From assembly GCA_046861385.1 (NCBI GenBank), contig JBHHTW010000003.1, positions 64,001-128,000 of the forward strand: a stretch of DNA of 64,000 bases, read 5' to 3'. Of this stretch, positions 17,923 through 27,424 are shown piece after piece. Every line of letters begins with the position of its first letter. Position 1 is the stretch's first letter. The translations under genes and the position numbers were made by a program. Source of the stretch: Fidelibacterota bacterium. Lineage in GTDB: Bacteria; Fidelibacterota; Marinisomatia; Marinisomatales; TCS55. The notes under the pieces are model-generated. The model had not been told where the DNA came from. It saw nothing but the letters and a program-made list of their open reading frames with translations, and ran no database searches.

Positions 17923-20277
17923 TTATTCCCGGATAAAATTGTAATATAATCCCATATAATAAGGTAAAAGAAATACCGTCCCATCGGCGAGTTCCTGTCC
18001 GTTCCCGCCTGTGTTCAGGGTCCAGGGATCCCGATTCCAGTGGTTAAAAAAACATTCGTCCACCGGAATGACTTTACCATCTACCCGATATCCCTTTCGG
18101 GAATTATCCCCGTCAAATGTACGATTCCATGAATGGAGTTTTAACAAATCGATTCTCTGACTGTTTTCATGACGCCAATTGAATCGATCCAGAGGAAAGC
18201 GAACCAGCGTCTCAACCGATTCTTCCAACCATTTTTTATGTGGAGCTAAATCATAAGTCCCCCAGGCATCTGAAAAATTCAAGCCAGTGGTAGCCGCCCG
18301 AAAAGTAAAATTGAAAAAGGGATTCAGTTCCGGCGCCAGCAGCATCCAGTTCATATACATGGAAAAGGCATATCGGGACTTCAATTCAGGATCCCACTCA
18401 TAGTTTATTAAATGATAATAAGCCATCATGGCCATTTCGTCATCCGATTGATTTCCGGTGCCAACCCCCCGTTGGAATTTCATATCAATCATATTTTGGG
18501 CATACCCGTGTTCTTTATTAAGCCATTGGGAAAGTTCTCTGTATTTTGAGTTTCCGGTCATATGGTAAGCAACTGCTAAATAGGAAAGCATACTTAGAGA
18601 ATTGAGTCCACGCTCTGCAAACCAATTTTTACTGTGATTAAGTTCGTCGGGGTTGAATCGCGCCCATCGTGTGGGTCTGCCGTCGTGGTCTACCAGTTGA
18701 AAATCGTGATTAATTAGATGATTGGTCAGCCGCACAACGTGTTCCCTCACCTCGGCTTTTTCTGCTTCCGTCTCAGCCACCAAATCATAATACAAGGCGT
18801 ATAAGAAATAATGTCCGTCCAATTCGTCAGAACTGGTATCTGTTTTATAATACCATTTTCCGTCCCTGCTTTTTGGCCATCGGGGTTCATAGACCTTCCA
18901 TAATTTATCATAATGATCATGGGTTTGTTGATCGTTTTCCAACCGCCCGTCATTTGGATCCGGCCCGCTGGTTGGAAGGATAGTCCTGGCTACAAAGCCG
19001 GGAGGAGGAGAAATGGGAGCGTTCTGGGTAACATCTCCTAAAAATTTTAATGCCTCAAATGCTTTTTTAGCCCTGGCTTTTGCTTTTGGATCTTTGGTGG
19101 CTCCATAAGCAAAACATTCAGCGGCGCCATACATTCCTGTCCACAATCCGTCATTGTCACTATCGTGTTGCGTCCACGTGGATGTATCTCCGGGAGCAGA
19201 AAGAGAAACATCCAGCACATATTCGTAAGGTGTTCGTCGGTGGAATTTGTCAATGGCATCTTCGTAAAATTCCGCTTTTTCAGCCAGGGTCATTTCAGAT
19301 TTATAAATTTTGGACAGACCTTGACTGGTAGCAAACCAGACGGTACCGTCTTTTGCAACTGCAACATCATGAATATCATCATCCGGCAGCCATCGCTTTC
19401 CCTGTCTATATTCCCAGCTGTTACCGTCAAAATGGATCGCCCCTTTATGGGTTCCAAACCACACATCCCCATCGGGTCCGGCAGCCATTTTGGTGAAATC
19501 ATTATAAGGCAGACCATCTTTTCCCTCGTAGAGAGTCCATTGACCATCATAAACACCCACACCTTGGGGGCTGGCAAACCAGAGGCGGTTTTTGGAATCA
19601 ATGACCACACTTCTGCAATCATTCAGCGCCCAGCTCCGATCACCCGATGAAGGAAAAATTTGTTCCCAGACCTTTTTTGAGTTGTACTTTTTGTATAATC
19701 CCGATCCACTAGCAATATAAAGAGTATTGTCCTCCCCGATGGCTATCTGGTTAATGTGGCTACCCGGGAATTCTATTTCTTTTAGTCCACTTTGTTTATT
19801 TTGCTTATCTGGAATATTAAATGAAAAAAGTTTCCCTGAATAGGCAAGATATACCCGGCTCTCTGAAAGAAAAATATCGCCCGATTGAACATTCATTTGA
19901 ATTTGTTTTGGTAGTGGGATTTTATGTGTCAGAATTTGATTTTTGATGATATACACCCATCCCAAACCATCTTTATTATTTTCCGGCTGAGTAAAAACAG
20001 CCACTTGCTTACCATTTGAATTAACAAAATATCCCGGTTCTTTAACGGTCCAAAATTCTTCCCATTTATTATTTTTCCGGTTCAGAATTGACATGCCCTC
20101 ATCCGTACCTCCATAAACCTCTCCGTCGTTCGTAACGACGACAGAATGAACGACTTGCCCTTTCAGTTCAACGGATTGTTTTTCCTGGAGGAAAGAAGGG
20201 ATAAATATGGATTCACCGGCAGAAGCGGAGCTGAAAAGAAAAAGAATAATATAAATGATGGATTGATTAAAGCGCAT
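17923..20277 (-). CDS. Secreted protein: N-terminal beta-propeller (Reg_prop-like repeats) plus C-terminal helical putative catalytic domain
   Basis: Signal peptide ending SSASA; repeats DSKNRLWFAS, GPDGDVWFGT, AKDGTVWFAT; acidic motifs DSDNDGLWTG, TSSDELDGH, QSDDEMA. Confidence 0.75.
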   Translation of the reverse strand: MRFNQSIIYIILFLFSSASAGESIFIPSFLQEKQSVELKGQVVHSVVVTNDGEVYGGTDEGMSILNRKNNKWEEFWTVKEPGYFVNSNGKQVAVFTQPENNKDGLGWVYIIKNQILTHKIPLPKQIQMNVQSGDIFLSESRVYLAYSGKLFSFNIPDKQNKQSGLKEIEFPGSHINQIAIGEDNTLYIASGSGLYKKYNSKKVWEQIFPSSGDRSWALNDCRSVVIDSKNRLWFASPQGVGVYDGQWTLYEGKDGLPYNDFTKMAAGPDGDVWFGTHKGAIHFDGNSWEYRQGKRWLPDDDIHDVAVAKDGTVWFATSQGLSKIYKSEMTLAEKAEFYEDAIDKFHRRTPYEYVLDVSLSAPGDTSTWTQHDSDNDGLWTGMYGAAECFAYGATKDPKAKARAKKAFEALKFLGDVTQNAPISPPPGFVARTILPTSGPDPNDGRLENDQQTHDHYDKLWKVYEPRWPKSRDGKWYYKTDTSSDELDGHYFLYALYYDLVAETEAEKAEVREHVVRLTNHLINHDFQLVDHDGRPTRWARFNPDELNHSKNWFAERGLNSLSMLSYLAVAYHMTGNSKYRELSQWLNKEHGYAQNMIDMKFQRGVGTGNQSDDEMAMMAYYHLINYEWDPELKSRYAFSMYMNWMLLAPELNPFFNFTFRAATTGLNFSDAWGTYDLAPHKKWLEESVETLVRFPLDRFNWRHENSQRIDLLKLHSWNRTFDGDNSRKGYRVDGKVIPVDECFFNHWNRDPWTLNTGGNGQELADGTVFLLPYYMGLYYNFIRE

Positions 20278-20287
20278 TTTGATTTCC

Positions 20288-21085
20288 TTAATGGATCGAT
20301 AGCAGTTGCCGCCAGAATTGATTGTAATAGTCCCACTTCATGAAATTAATTCCCCAGTGAGGCGTGGCGCTGGTCATCCATCCGGAGGCTCTTCCAAGTC
20401 CGTATCTTCGGGTAGCACAAAGGGGATGCCATTTCCCCTGATCTTCAATTTCAACAATGATTTCTGCATCATTTTTTAGACGTGTTTCATTAAACCCCAA
20501 GAGGGGAGGAGCTGTCGTCCAGTCTATACCCCGGAGTGCAGAATGGTCAGGATTTGGGGTTCGCAGGGGGTATCCGTCCGTTGATTCAATCAGGTCATCG
20601 TAAGGCATACAATGTACCGGAAGAACATCATTAAGTCTGCTCCGACCCCAGCCCCCTTTTCCCCGTTCCCCGGAAAAACTGTACCATCCTCCCAACATAA
20701 GAAAATGTCCTCCATCATGAATCCACTGTTTCAAGAGGTCAAATCGGTCGGGAAAAGTCAATGGTTGATCTCCCCATTTTCCCCGATTAAAGAAATCAGG
20801 ATGAAGCATCAGACACTTGGCTTCAACATCGCCAAACACCATATGGGTTGCCCAGGCCAATTTTTCTTCAAATGCTTCAGGAGACATGTGGTATAAATCC
20901 CAGGAAGCAGAAGATTCTACCACAGAGTTTGGGATGGTCTTCACTGCGTCGACAAATGGCTGACCATAATTATGAATTTCAACATCCTTGCTGGGAGAGA
21001 CAAAAGGGGATTCTATATATTTTTGCCCCACATGGATGCACCAGTTGCCTACATGCCAAATATTAGGTTGATTATGATTCATCAA
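20288..21085 (-). CDS. Glutamine-amidotransferase-like protein (DUF1355/GATase1-like)
   Basis: WIHDGGHFLMLGGWYSFSG..GKGGW, LPV, PPLLGFN, YGLGR, PHWG..F..WDYY..FW. Confidence 0.8.
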   Translation of the reverse strand: MMNHNQPNIWHVGNWCIHVGQKYIESPFVSPSKDVEIHNYGQPFVDAVKTIPNSVVESSASWDLYHMSPEAFEEKLAWATHMVFGDVEAKCLMLHPDFFNRGKWGDQPLTFPDRFDLLKQWIHDGGHFLMLGGWYSFSGERGKGGWGRSRLNDVLPVHCMPYDDLIESTDGYPLRTPNPDHSALRGIDWTTAPPLLGFNETRLKNDAEIIVEIEDQGKWHPLCATRRYGLGRASGWMTSATPHWGINFMKWDYYNQFWRQLLSIH

Positions 21086-21203
21086 AACTATCTCCTTCGA
21101 TTCTCTGGTTCACAGAATATTGAATATCCAACTTAATGAGAATAGAGGCAGGCTTCCAAAAGTGATTTTTGTGAATTAAATGAGTTTATGGTAATAAATG
21201 TAT

Positions 21204-21233
21204 TTGCCGGGATGTGTTAAAAGTTTCTATTAT
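21204..21233 (+). promoter_or_regulatory. Possible sigma70-type promoter for the TBDR-SSS-GH84 operon
   Basis: TTGCCG-18 nt-TATTAT about 40 nt upstream of ATG 21275; AAGGA SD-like sequence before the start. Confidence 0.3.
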
Positions 21234-21274
21234 CAATAGCAGGTCAAAAGGTTTAAAATGAGACAAGGAACAGT

Positions 21275-23851
21275 ATGAAGAAAAATAAAACACGTTTATT
21301 TCAATTCATCTTATTTTTTCCATTTATTTCTGCTTTTCTGTTAGGTCAGGAAATCTCAGGTATTGTAACGGATCAGGATGGTACTCTTTTATCGGGAGCC
21401 AATATTATTGTAGAAGGGACCAGCTCCGGTGCAGCAACTGACATGGATGGTGCATTTTCATTCCCGTACTCGCCTTCAAAAGAGTTTACCATTGCGGTCA
21501 GTTATATTGGATATCAAACGACCAGACAAACCTTTAAAAAAAATGAACCTGCAACCGATCTGCATTTTATCCTGATTCGGGGAAGCCTTTTTGGGAATGA
21601 AGTCACTGTTTTGGCGAGAAAAAGAGAAGAAATGATTAAGGAAGTTCCTATTTCAATGGTAGCTCTTCGAGAAGAAACGATTACGGATATGGGTGCAACT
21701 TCTATTGAAGATTTAACATCAGCAGTTCCCAATGTGTTTGCATACGATAAACAAACTGAAACGGGATTTAATATTCGGGGTATTACCGGTGGCGCCCGGA
21801 ATCCAGGTATGGCAACGGCTGAGGGTGTCTATATGGATGGCGTTGTGATGGGAAGACCCAATTTTATTTCCACAGATATCATTGATGTTCAACGTGTTGA
21901 ATTCCTTCGGGGTCCCCAAGGAACTTTATTTGGACGAAATACCGTTTCCGGCGCTATTAATCTAATATCGATAAAACCAACCCCCATCAATGGGAGATCT
22001 TTTTTAGTTGAAAAAGGAGATTTCGGTTATTTAAAGCTGAAAGGGTCAACCAATATTAAATTGACAGATAAAATCTACAGCAGGTTTTCCTGGTATTCTT
22101 TTGATCATGACGGATATATGAAAAATAGTTATGATGATACACAGAAGAAGTATAAAAATAATGTAGGGGGTCGATTTTCTTTACGTTTTTTACCTAATGA
22201 AAAATTAACCATTGATGCCAGTATTGATTTTTTAAATGAAGACCTCAATCAAATGGGTGAGCATGTTTCAGATTGGCGAATTTCCAGCGACGCAGAACGG
22301 TATAACAATGAGCTGCTTGACACTCTTTATTTTGCCTTGGATTCCATCGATATTTCGAATGAGGATATATATACATTTAGTCATGATACAGCAGGTAATG
22401 CCAGTAGAGATTTGAAAGGGTTGACAATCAATACGACTTATTCAATAAATGACTATCTCAATCTAGTTTCCATATTATCATACCGGACAGCGACTGTAAA
22501 ATGGTTCAATGATGAGGATGGTACCGGAATAGATTTGATGACTGGAAGATGGAATAATGTGGGAGAACAAACATCCATGGAGTTTAGACTCATTTCAAAT
22601 TTGGATTCCAAAATTTCATGGCTGACAGGTATATTCTATAATAATCTCTATGAATATTTAAATGGTCCTGTTTATCCTAAACCTTTATTAATTCATTATA
22701 TTACAGGTTATTCTTTGTTCTTAGTTGAACATCTGTATGCTGACGCTATAGTTAAACCTGAAGGAGGTGGAAATACCGTTAGTCTGGGATCTTATGCTTC
22801 TTTGGACTATGATGTATCTGATAAACTTACATTAACACTGGGAGCACGATATTCCTATGACGTTAAACATTTTAAATTCAGACAGGTAGGATTAGATGGA
22901 TTTGGTTATATTAATCTTCCAGCTGATTCAAACGGTGCCTTAGTCGATGGATTTTTTGACAGCACCAAAACTTGGAGCGCCTTGACGCCTTCGTTTAACA
23001 TTAAATATGCTATATCACCCAATATTAATTTGTTTTGCACTCTATCAAAAGGGTACAAAAGTGGCGGATTTAATACAGACTATGTGACCAGCTATGAGTC
23101 CGTGGCAATCCCCTTTAAACCTGAACAAATTACCAATTACGAGTTTGGAATTAAAGCTGGAAACCAGGCAAACACTTTTTTTCTGAATACGGCAGTTTTT
23201 CGAATGGAATATGATAATATGCAGGTGAGTCAATTCCAGGATGTGTTTGAGGGATATATGATTAGTAATGCCGCCTCTTCTACTATCAATGGACTGGAAT
23301 TGGATTTTTCAGTTCGCTTATTAAAAAACGCACTGACACTCATTGGTGGGTATGGCACGACAGAAGCAGTGTTTAATGATTTTCACGATGGATATTTTAA
23401 CGGGGACTGGGACGAAGGTGAAACCTATACAGATGCCAACATGAATGGGCAGTACGATACCGGCGAAGATTTTATTGACAAAGATAATAATTATTCCGGT
23501 CAGGAAATTAGCCTATACCCAAAGCAGTCCTGGAGTTTTATGGCGGACTTTAGAATGCCTATCAACAGCAAAATGTTGTTTGTAACTCAAATTCGAAGTG
23601 ATTTCATTGATGAAAAATTGGCTCAGTTATCCACAGATAAAGATGCAAATTTGTTAAGAGACGATGCACGGACACTGGTTAACGGACACATCGGTATTGA
23701 GACCAATACCTGGGGAATATTTGCCTGGGGGGAAAACCTGCTGGACAAGGAATATATTGTAGAGCAGGGAGTAAATTCCTATCTTGGTTTTATTGAACAA
23801 GTATGGGGACAACCCCGATTAATGGGAATCAGAGTAACCTATAAAATCTAG
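21275..23851 (+). CDS. TonB-dependent receptor with N-terminal carboxypeptidase-regulatory-like domain
   Basis: ISGIVTD..G..LSGANIIV, plug motif VEFLRGPQGTLFGRNTVSGAINLI, GYKSGGFN, NLLDKEY, C-terminal PRLMGIRVTYKI. Confidence 0.95.
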   Translation: MKKNKTRLFQFILFFPFISAFLLGQEISGIVTDQDGTLLSGANIIVEGTSSGAATDMDGAFSFPYSPSKEFTIAVSYIGYQTTRQTFKKNEPATDLHFILIRGSLFGNEVTVLARKREEMIKEVPISMVALREETITDMGATSIEDLTSAVPNVFAYDKQTETGFNIRGITGGARNPGMATAEGVYMDGVVMGRPNFISTDIIDVQRVEFLRGPQGTLFGRNTVSGAINLISIKPTPINGRSFLVEKGDFGYLKLKGSTNIKLTDKIYSRFSWYSFDHDGYMKNSYDDTQKKYKNNVGGRFSLRFLPNEKLTIDASIDFLNEDLNQMGEHVSDWRISSDAERYNNELLDTLYFALDSIDISNEDIYTFSHDTAGNASRDLKGLTINTTYSINDYLNLVSILSYRTATVKWFNDEDGTGIDLMTGRWNNVGEQTSMEFRLISNLDSKISWLTGIFYNNLYEYLNGPVYPKPLLIHYITGYSLFLVEHLYADAIVKPEGGGNTVSLGSYASLDYDVSDKLTLTLGARYSYDVKHFKFRQVGLDGFGYINLPADSNGALVDGFFDSTKTWSALTPSFNIKYAISPNINLFCTLSKGYKSGGFNTDYVTSYESVAIPFKPEQITNYEFGIKAGNQANTFFLNTAVFRMEYDNMQVSQFQDVFEGYMISNAASSTINGLELDFSVRLLKNALTLIGGYGTTEAVFNDFHDGYFNGDWDEGETYTDANMNGQYDTGEDFIDKDNNYSGQEISLYPKQSWSFMADFRMPINSKMLFVTQIRSDFIDEKLAQLSTDKDANLLRDDARTLVNGHIGIETNTWGIFAWGENLLDKEYIVEQGVNSYLGFIEQVWGQPRLMGIRVTYKI

Positions 23852-23925
23852 ATAGGATTACCTGAACAACCACAGATAAATGCAGATAGCTTAATATTTT
23901 AAAAGATTAACGAGAAAGAAACGGT

Positions 23926-25701
23926 ATGGCATTAGGCGGACTTGATTATTTTATCATTATTCTTTACCTAATCGGAACCGTTTCATTCGGAATCTATATT
24001 GGTCGGAGAATGAGATCCGGGCAGGATTATTTTCTGGCAGGACGATCTCTCCCTTGGTGGGCTATCGGAATGTCCTTGGTCGTGACTGATATTGGCGCTG
24101 TGGATATGGTGGGAATTGCCGGAGCTGCCTATTTATACGGCATTGTTCTGGGAAATTATGACTGGCTGGGGAGTGTTCCAGTGATGATCATTGGTGCATT
24201 TTTATTTATTCCCATGTTTTGGAGATCCAAAGTCAGTACCATTCCAGAATGGCTGGGAGCAAGATACAATATAAGCGTCAGAACCATTACAGCTGTCATT
24301 TGGGGTGTAGTGACTGCTTTCGGTTTGGGAATCACTCTTTATGCAACAGCCCTGATGCTTAATTTATTATTGGATTTAAATCCAAACGTAGTAGTCGTAA
24401 CCGATAGTCAGAGTACAAGAGAAAAAGTCGTCAGGGCAACGGGAGTTGGGAAAACACATGATTTTATTTTTATCAACGATTTAAATAACTTGGATCAAAT
24501 CATTATCAGTAAGAACCCAAATCTGGTCTTGGTAGATGATAAATGGAATGCAATGGATGAAGATTATCCTGTGGGAGTGTTTCAATTTCACGAAGAAGAA
24601 ATTACTAACGCATGGGGAAAATCCATGATGGACAAAGCTCGCTCACCCACCTGGACTCTCATGTATTCTATTATTATTATGAGTATTTTGATTGGAGCCT
24701 ATACCTTGCTGGGAGGATTAAAAGCGGTGGTCTATACTGACGTGATTCAATGTGTTGTCATGCTGGGAGGCTCATTATTTGTATTATTTTTTGGTATTTA
24801 TAAATTAGGCGGGCTCGGTGAATTTGTGTCCATCATCCATTCATTGGGTGAACGGGCTCAACATCATTTTGATTTGGTATTAGCCGCCGATACAGCGACG
24901 CCTCATCCCTGGTCTGGAATCTTTCTTGGGCTGGGACTGGTTCTTGCCAATGCCTATTGGCTCGGAAATCAAAATATGGTCCAGAGGACCTTAGGCGCAA
25001 AATCAGAAGCGGATGCCAAAGCATCTTATGTATTTGGTTCCATCCTGAAAATTCTGATTCCCTTTGCCATGGTCGTTCCCGGAATCATCGCCTTAGCCCA
25101 TAACCCTAATATTACCGATGCGGACAAGGCCATGGCCACATTAGTGAGGGATATTATGCCCACAGGTTTGCTGGGAATTTTCTTTGCTGCCTTTCTCGCC
25201 GGACTAATGTCTTCTGTGGATTCTGCCCTTAATTCAGGTGCGACTATCTGGACAAAGGATGTTTATCAAAAATTTATTAAACCGGATTCCACAGATGAAC
25301 AACTATTAATTGTGGGACGTTGGATTACGGCTGCCATGCTGGCGGTGGCCATTTTTTTCGCACAATTTGCCACCCGGTTTGAAAGTATTTATGATTTGAC
25401 CCAAACGTTGCTTTCGCTGTTCCAAGGCCCGATTTTAGCCATTATTATTCTGGGAATGCTCTGGAGACGGGCTACAGGGATAGGGGCCTTGACTGCTTTA
25501 CTGACCGGTGTCATTTTTTCCGGAACGCTTATGTGGGTCAACAGCCATGCAACTGTTCCGCTCTTTCAGGTGTCGGAACCCTTTTTATATATTGCATGGT
25601 GGTCTTTTGTTCTCTCTTTTATTGTAACTATTGTGGTGAGTTTACTAACTCCACCAGAACCTGATTCGAAATTGAAAGGATTGGTGTATCGCTATGAATA
25701 A
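23926..25701 (+). CDS. Sodium:solute symporter with a ~94-aa soluble insertion
   Basis: DYFLAGRSLPWW, YTLLGGLKAVVYTDVIQ, NQNMVQR, LAGLMSSVDSALNS. Confidence 0.93.
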   Translation: MALGGLDYFIIILYLIGTVSFGIYIGRRMRSGQDYFLAGRSLPWWAIGMSLVVTDIGAVDMVGIAGAAYLYGIVLGNYDWLGSVPVMIIGAFLFIPMFWRSKVSTIPEWLGARYNISVRTITAVIWGVVTAFGLGITLYATALMLNLLLDLNPNVVVVTDSQSTREKVVRATGVGKTHDFIFINDLNNLDQIIISKNPNLVLVDDKWNAMDEDYPVGVFQFHEEEITNAWGKSMMDKARSPTWTLMYSIIIMSILIGAYTLLGGLKAVVYTDVIQCVVMLGGSLFVLFFGIYKLGGLGEFVSIIHSLGERAQHHFDLVLAADTATPHPWSGIFLGLGLVLANAYWLGNQNMVQRTLGAKSEADAKASYVFGSILKILIPFAMVVPGIIALAHNPNITDADKAMATLVRDIMPTGLLGIFFAAFLAGLMSSVDSALNSGATIWTKDVYQKFIKPDSTDEQLLIVGRWITAAMLAVAIFFAQFATRFESIYDLTQTLLSLFQGPILAIIILGMLWRRATGIGALTALLTGVIFSGTLMWVNSHATVPLFQVSEPFLYIAWWSFVLSFIVTIVVSLLTPPEPDSKLKGLVYRYE

Positions 25702-25969
25702 TGTTTTATTATCAATGACAGCCATTGCTGACGCCATTGCAAATCTTTTCCGCGGAATGGGAGATGTGATGAGAGGGTGGATGCTGGCCATTCCCATGAG
25801 TGTAGCAAAAGGTATATTTATCGTGTATTTCCTCGCCTTAATTATCTGGGTAATCAAACTCCCGGATAATGAAGTAACCCTGGTATTAACCAGCGGGAAA
25901 ATAATTCACCTCCGGCCCTATGCCCTGGCTTCTTTGATAATTATGGTATTGATTTACCTCATTTTTTAA
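25694..25969 (+). CDS. Small membrane protein (about 2 TM), overlapping both the SSS and GH84 genes
   Basis: Overlaps both neighbours; hydrophobic segments GIFIVYFLALIIWVI and YALASLIIMVLIYLIF. Confidence 0.7.
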   Translation: MNNVLLSMTAIADAIANLFRGMGDVMRGWMLAIPMSVAKGIFIVYFLALIIWVIKLPDNEVTLVLTSGKIIHLRPYALASLIIMVLIYLIF

Positions 25970-27279
25970 TGAAAAATACAGACTTCATTTGCGGAACCCT
26001 TGAAGGCTTTTACGGCCGGCCCTGGAAAACATCCGATCGGTACAAGTTATTCAAGTGGATGGAAGATTGGGGAGGAATGAATACCTACATGTATGCTCCC
26101 AAAGATGATTTATACCACCGGAGCAAATGGCGGGAATTATATCCGGACCATCTGTTGAAGGAATTAAAAGAATTAATGGGTGCCTGCCATCGCCGTCATT
26201 TAACATTTATTTATGCCATTGCCCCGGGACTGGATATAAAATATGGCGATGAAAATGATTGGAATTGCTTAATGAGAAAAATCGATCAGATCCAATCGCT
26301 GGGTGGTGTTGACTTCGCCATTTTATTTGATGATATCCCAAATGAATTGTCTGAGGAAGATCAGGACAGATTTTCTTCATTTGCAGAGGCTCATGCTCAC
26401 ATCACCAACCGCTTATTTAATACGTTGCAACAATCCAATGCTGACTCATCCCTCATATTCTGCCCCACCGTTTATTGCGGCAGGATGGCCGATTACGATG
26501 TGGCCGGCAATCCTTATTTGAATGAATTGGGACGATTGTTACATCCTGAAATTGGATTTTTCTGGACGGGGCCGGACGTTATTTCATCTGAAATTTCTGT
26601 TGAATCCATCCGGGAATTGCGCCAGGTTATTAATCGAAAACCAGTCATCTGGGATAACCTCCATGCCAATGATTACGATATTCGACAAATGTTTTTTGGA
26701 CCCTATTCCGGTCGTCCTGTTGAACTGAAAAATGAACTATCCGGCATTTTGAGTAATCCCAACTGCCAGTTCTGGGCGAATGTTATTCCGCTGAAAACAC
26801 TGTCTATGTTTCATCTGTCAACCGGGGAATGGCACCCGGAGCAGGCTTATCTGGATGGTTTATCAGAGTGGAAAAATTTCTTTGGGAATGATAATCTGAT
26901 AGAAAAAGAAGTTCAATTACTGGGGGACTGTTTTTATCTCCCGGGAAAAATGGGAGAAATGGGAAATAAGTTATTGGAGAGTATGGACTCCATTTTAAAA
27001 ACAGAACCAGAAAAATGGGGTGTTCATTTAGAATCATTCAATGAAATGGAAACTTTGTTGAATTCACTTTGCAAAAAATTAATGGAAGCAACGAACCGTG
27101 ATCTCCTCTATGATTTTTATCTCATTCTTTGGGAACTGAAAGAAGAAGTGGCATACGTTTCCTCCTGGATCCAGTGGAAAATATCTGGAAAAGGTGAATT
27201 CAAATCCACGGATTTTGTCCCCAGACGCCAGGGGCTTTTATACGAAATACAACGAAGAGTTTATCCCGAAGGGAATTGA
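25969..27279 (+). CDS. GH84 O-GlcNAcase (beta-N-acetylglucosaminidase), cytoplasmic, with stalk region
   Basis: EGFYGRPW, YMYAPKDD, FIYAIAPG, FAILFDDI (catalytic DD), FCPTVY, WTGP, IWDNLHANDY, NPNC; no signal peptide. Confidence 0.95.
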   Translation: MKNTDFICGTLEGFYGRPWKTSDRYKLFKWMEDWGGMNTYMYAPKDDLYHRSKWRELYPDHLLKELKELMGACHRRHLTFIYAIAPGLDIKYGDENDWNCLMRKIDQIQSLGGVDFAILFDDIPNELSEEDQDRFSSFAEAHAHITNRLFNTLQQSNADSSLIFCPTVYCGRMADYDVAGNPYLNELGRLLHPEIGFFWTGPDVISSEISVESIRELRQVINRKPVIWDNLHANDYDIRQMFFGPYSGRPVELKNELSGILSNPNCQFWANVIPLKTLSMFHLSTGEWHPEQAYLDGLSEWKNFFGNDNLIEKEVQLLGDCFYLPGKMGEMGNKLLESMDSILKTEPEKWGVHLESFNEMETLLNSLCKKLMEATNRDLLYDFYLILWELKEEVAYVSSWIQWKISGKGEFKSTDFVPRRQGLLYEIQRRVYPEGN

Positions 27280-27424
27280 TTTGTTTTAAGTAACTTTGAT
27301 CTATGAAATGGATAGTATGGATTAGGTTTGGTTATACCCATGACCCTGTTATTTAAATAATATTACGTGCAATGCCTTGCAAAACCACCTTTTTAAAGAA
27401 TACAATAAATAGAAAAGAATATAA

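Noticed and set aside
23868-23887. AACCACAGATAAATGCAGAT as a remnant of a 9-mer repeat element
   Set aside because: Only two imperfect units; not distinguishable from chance.
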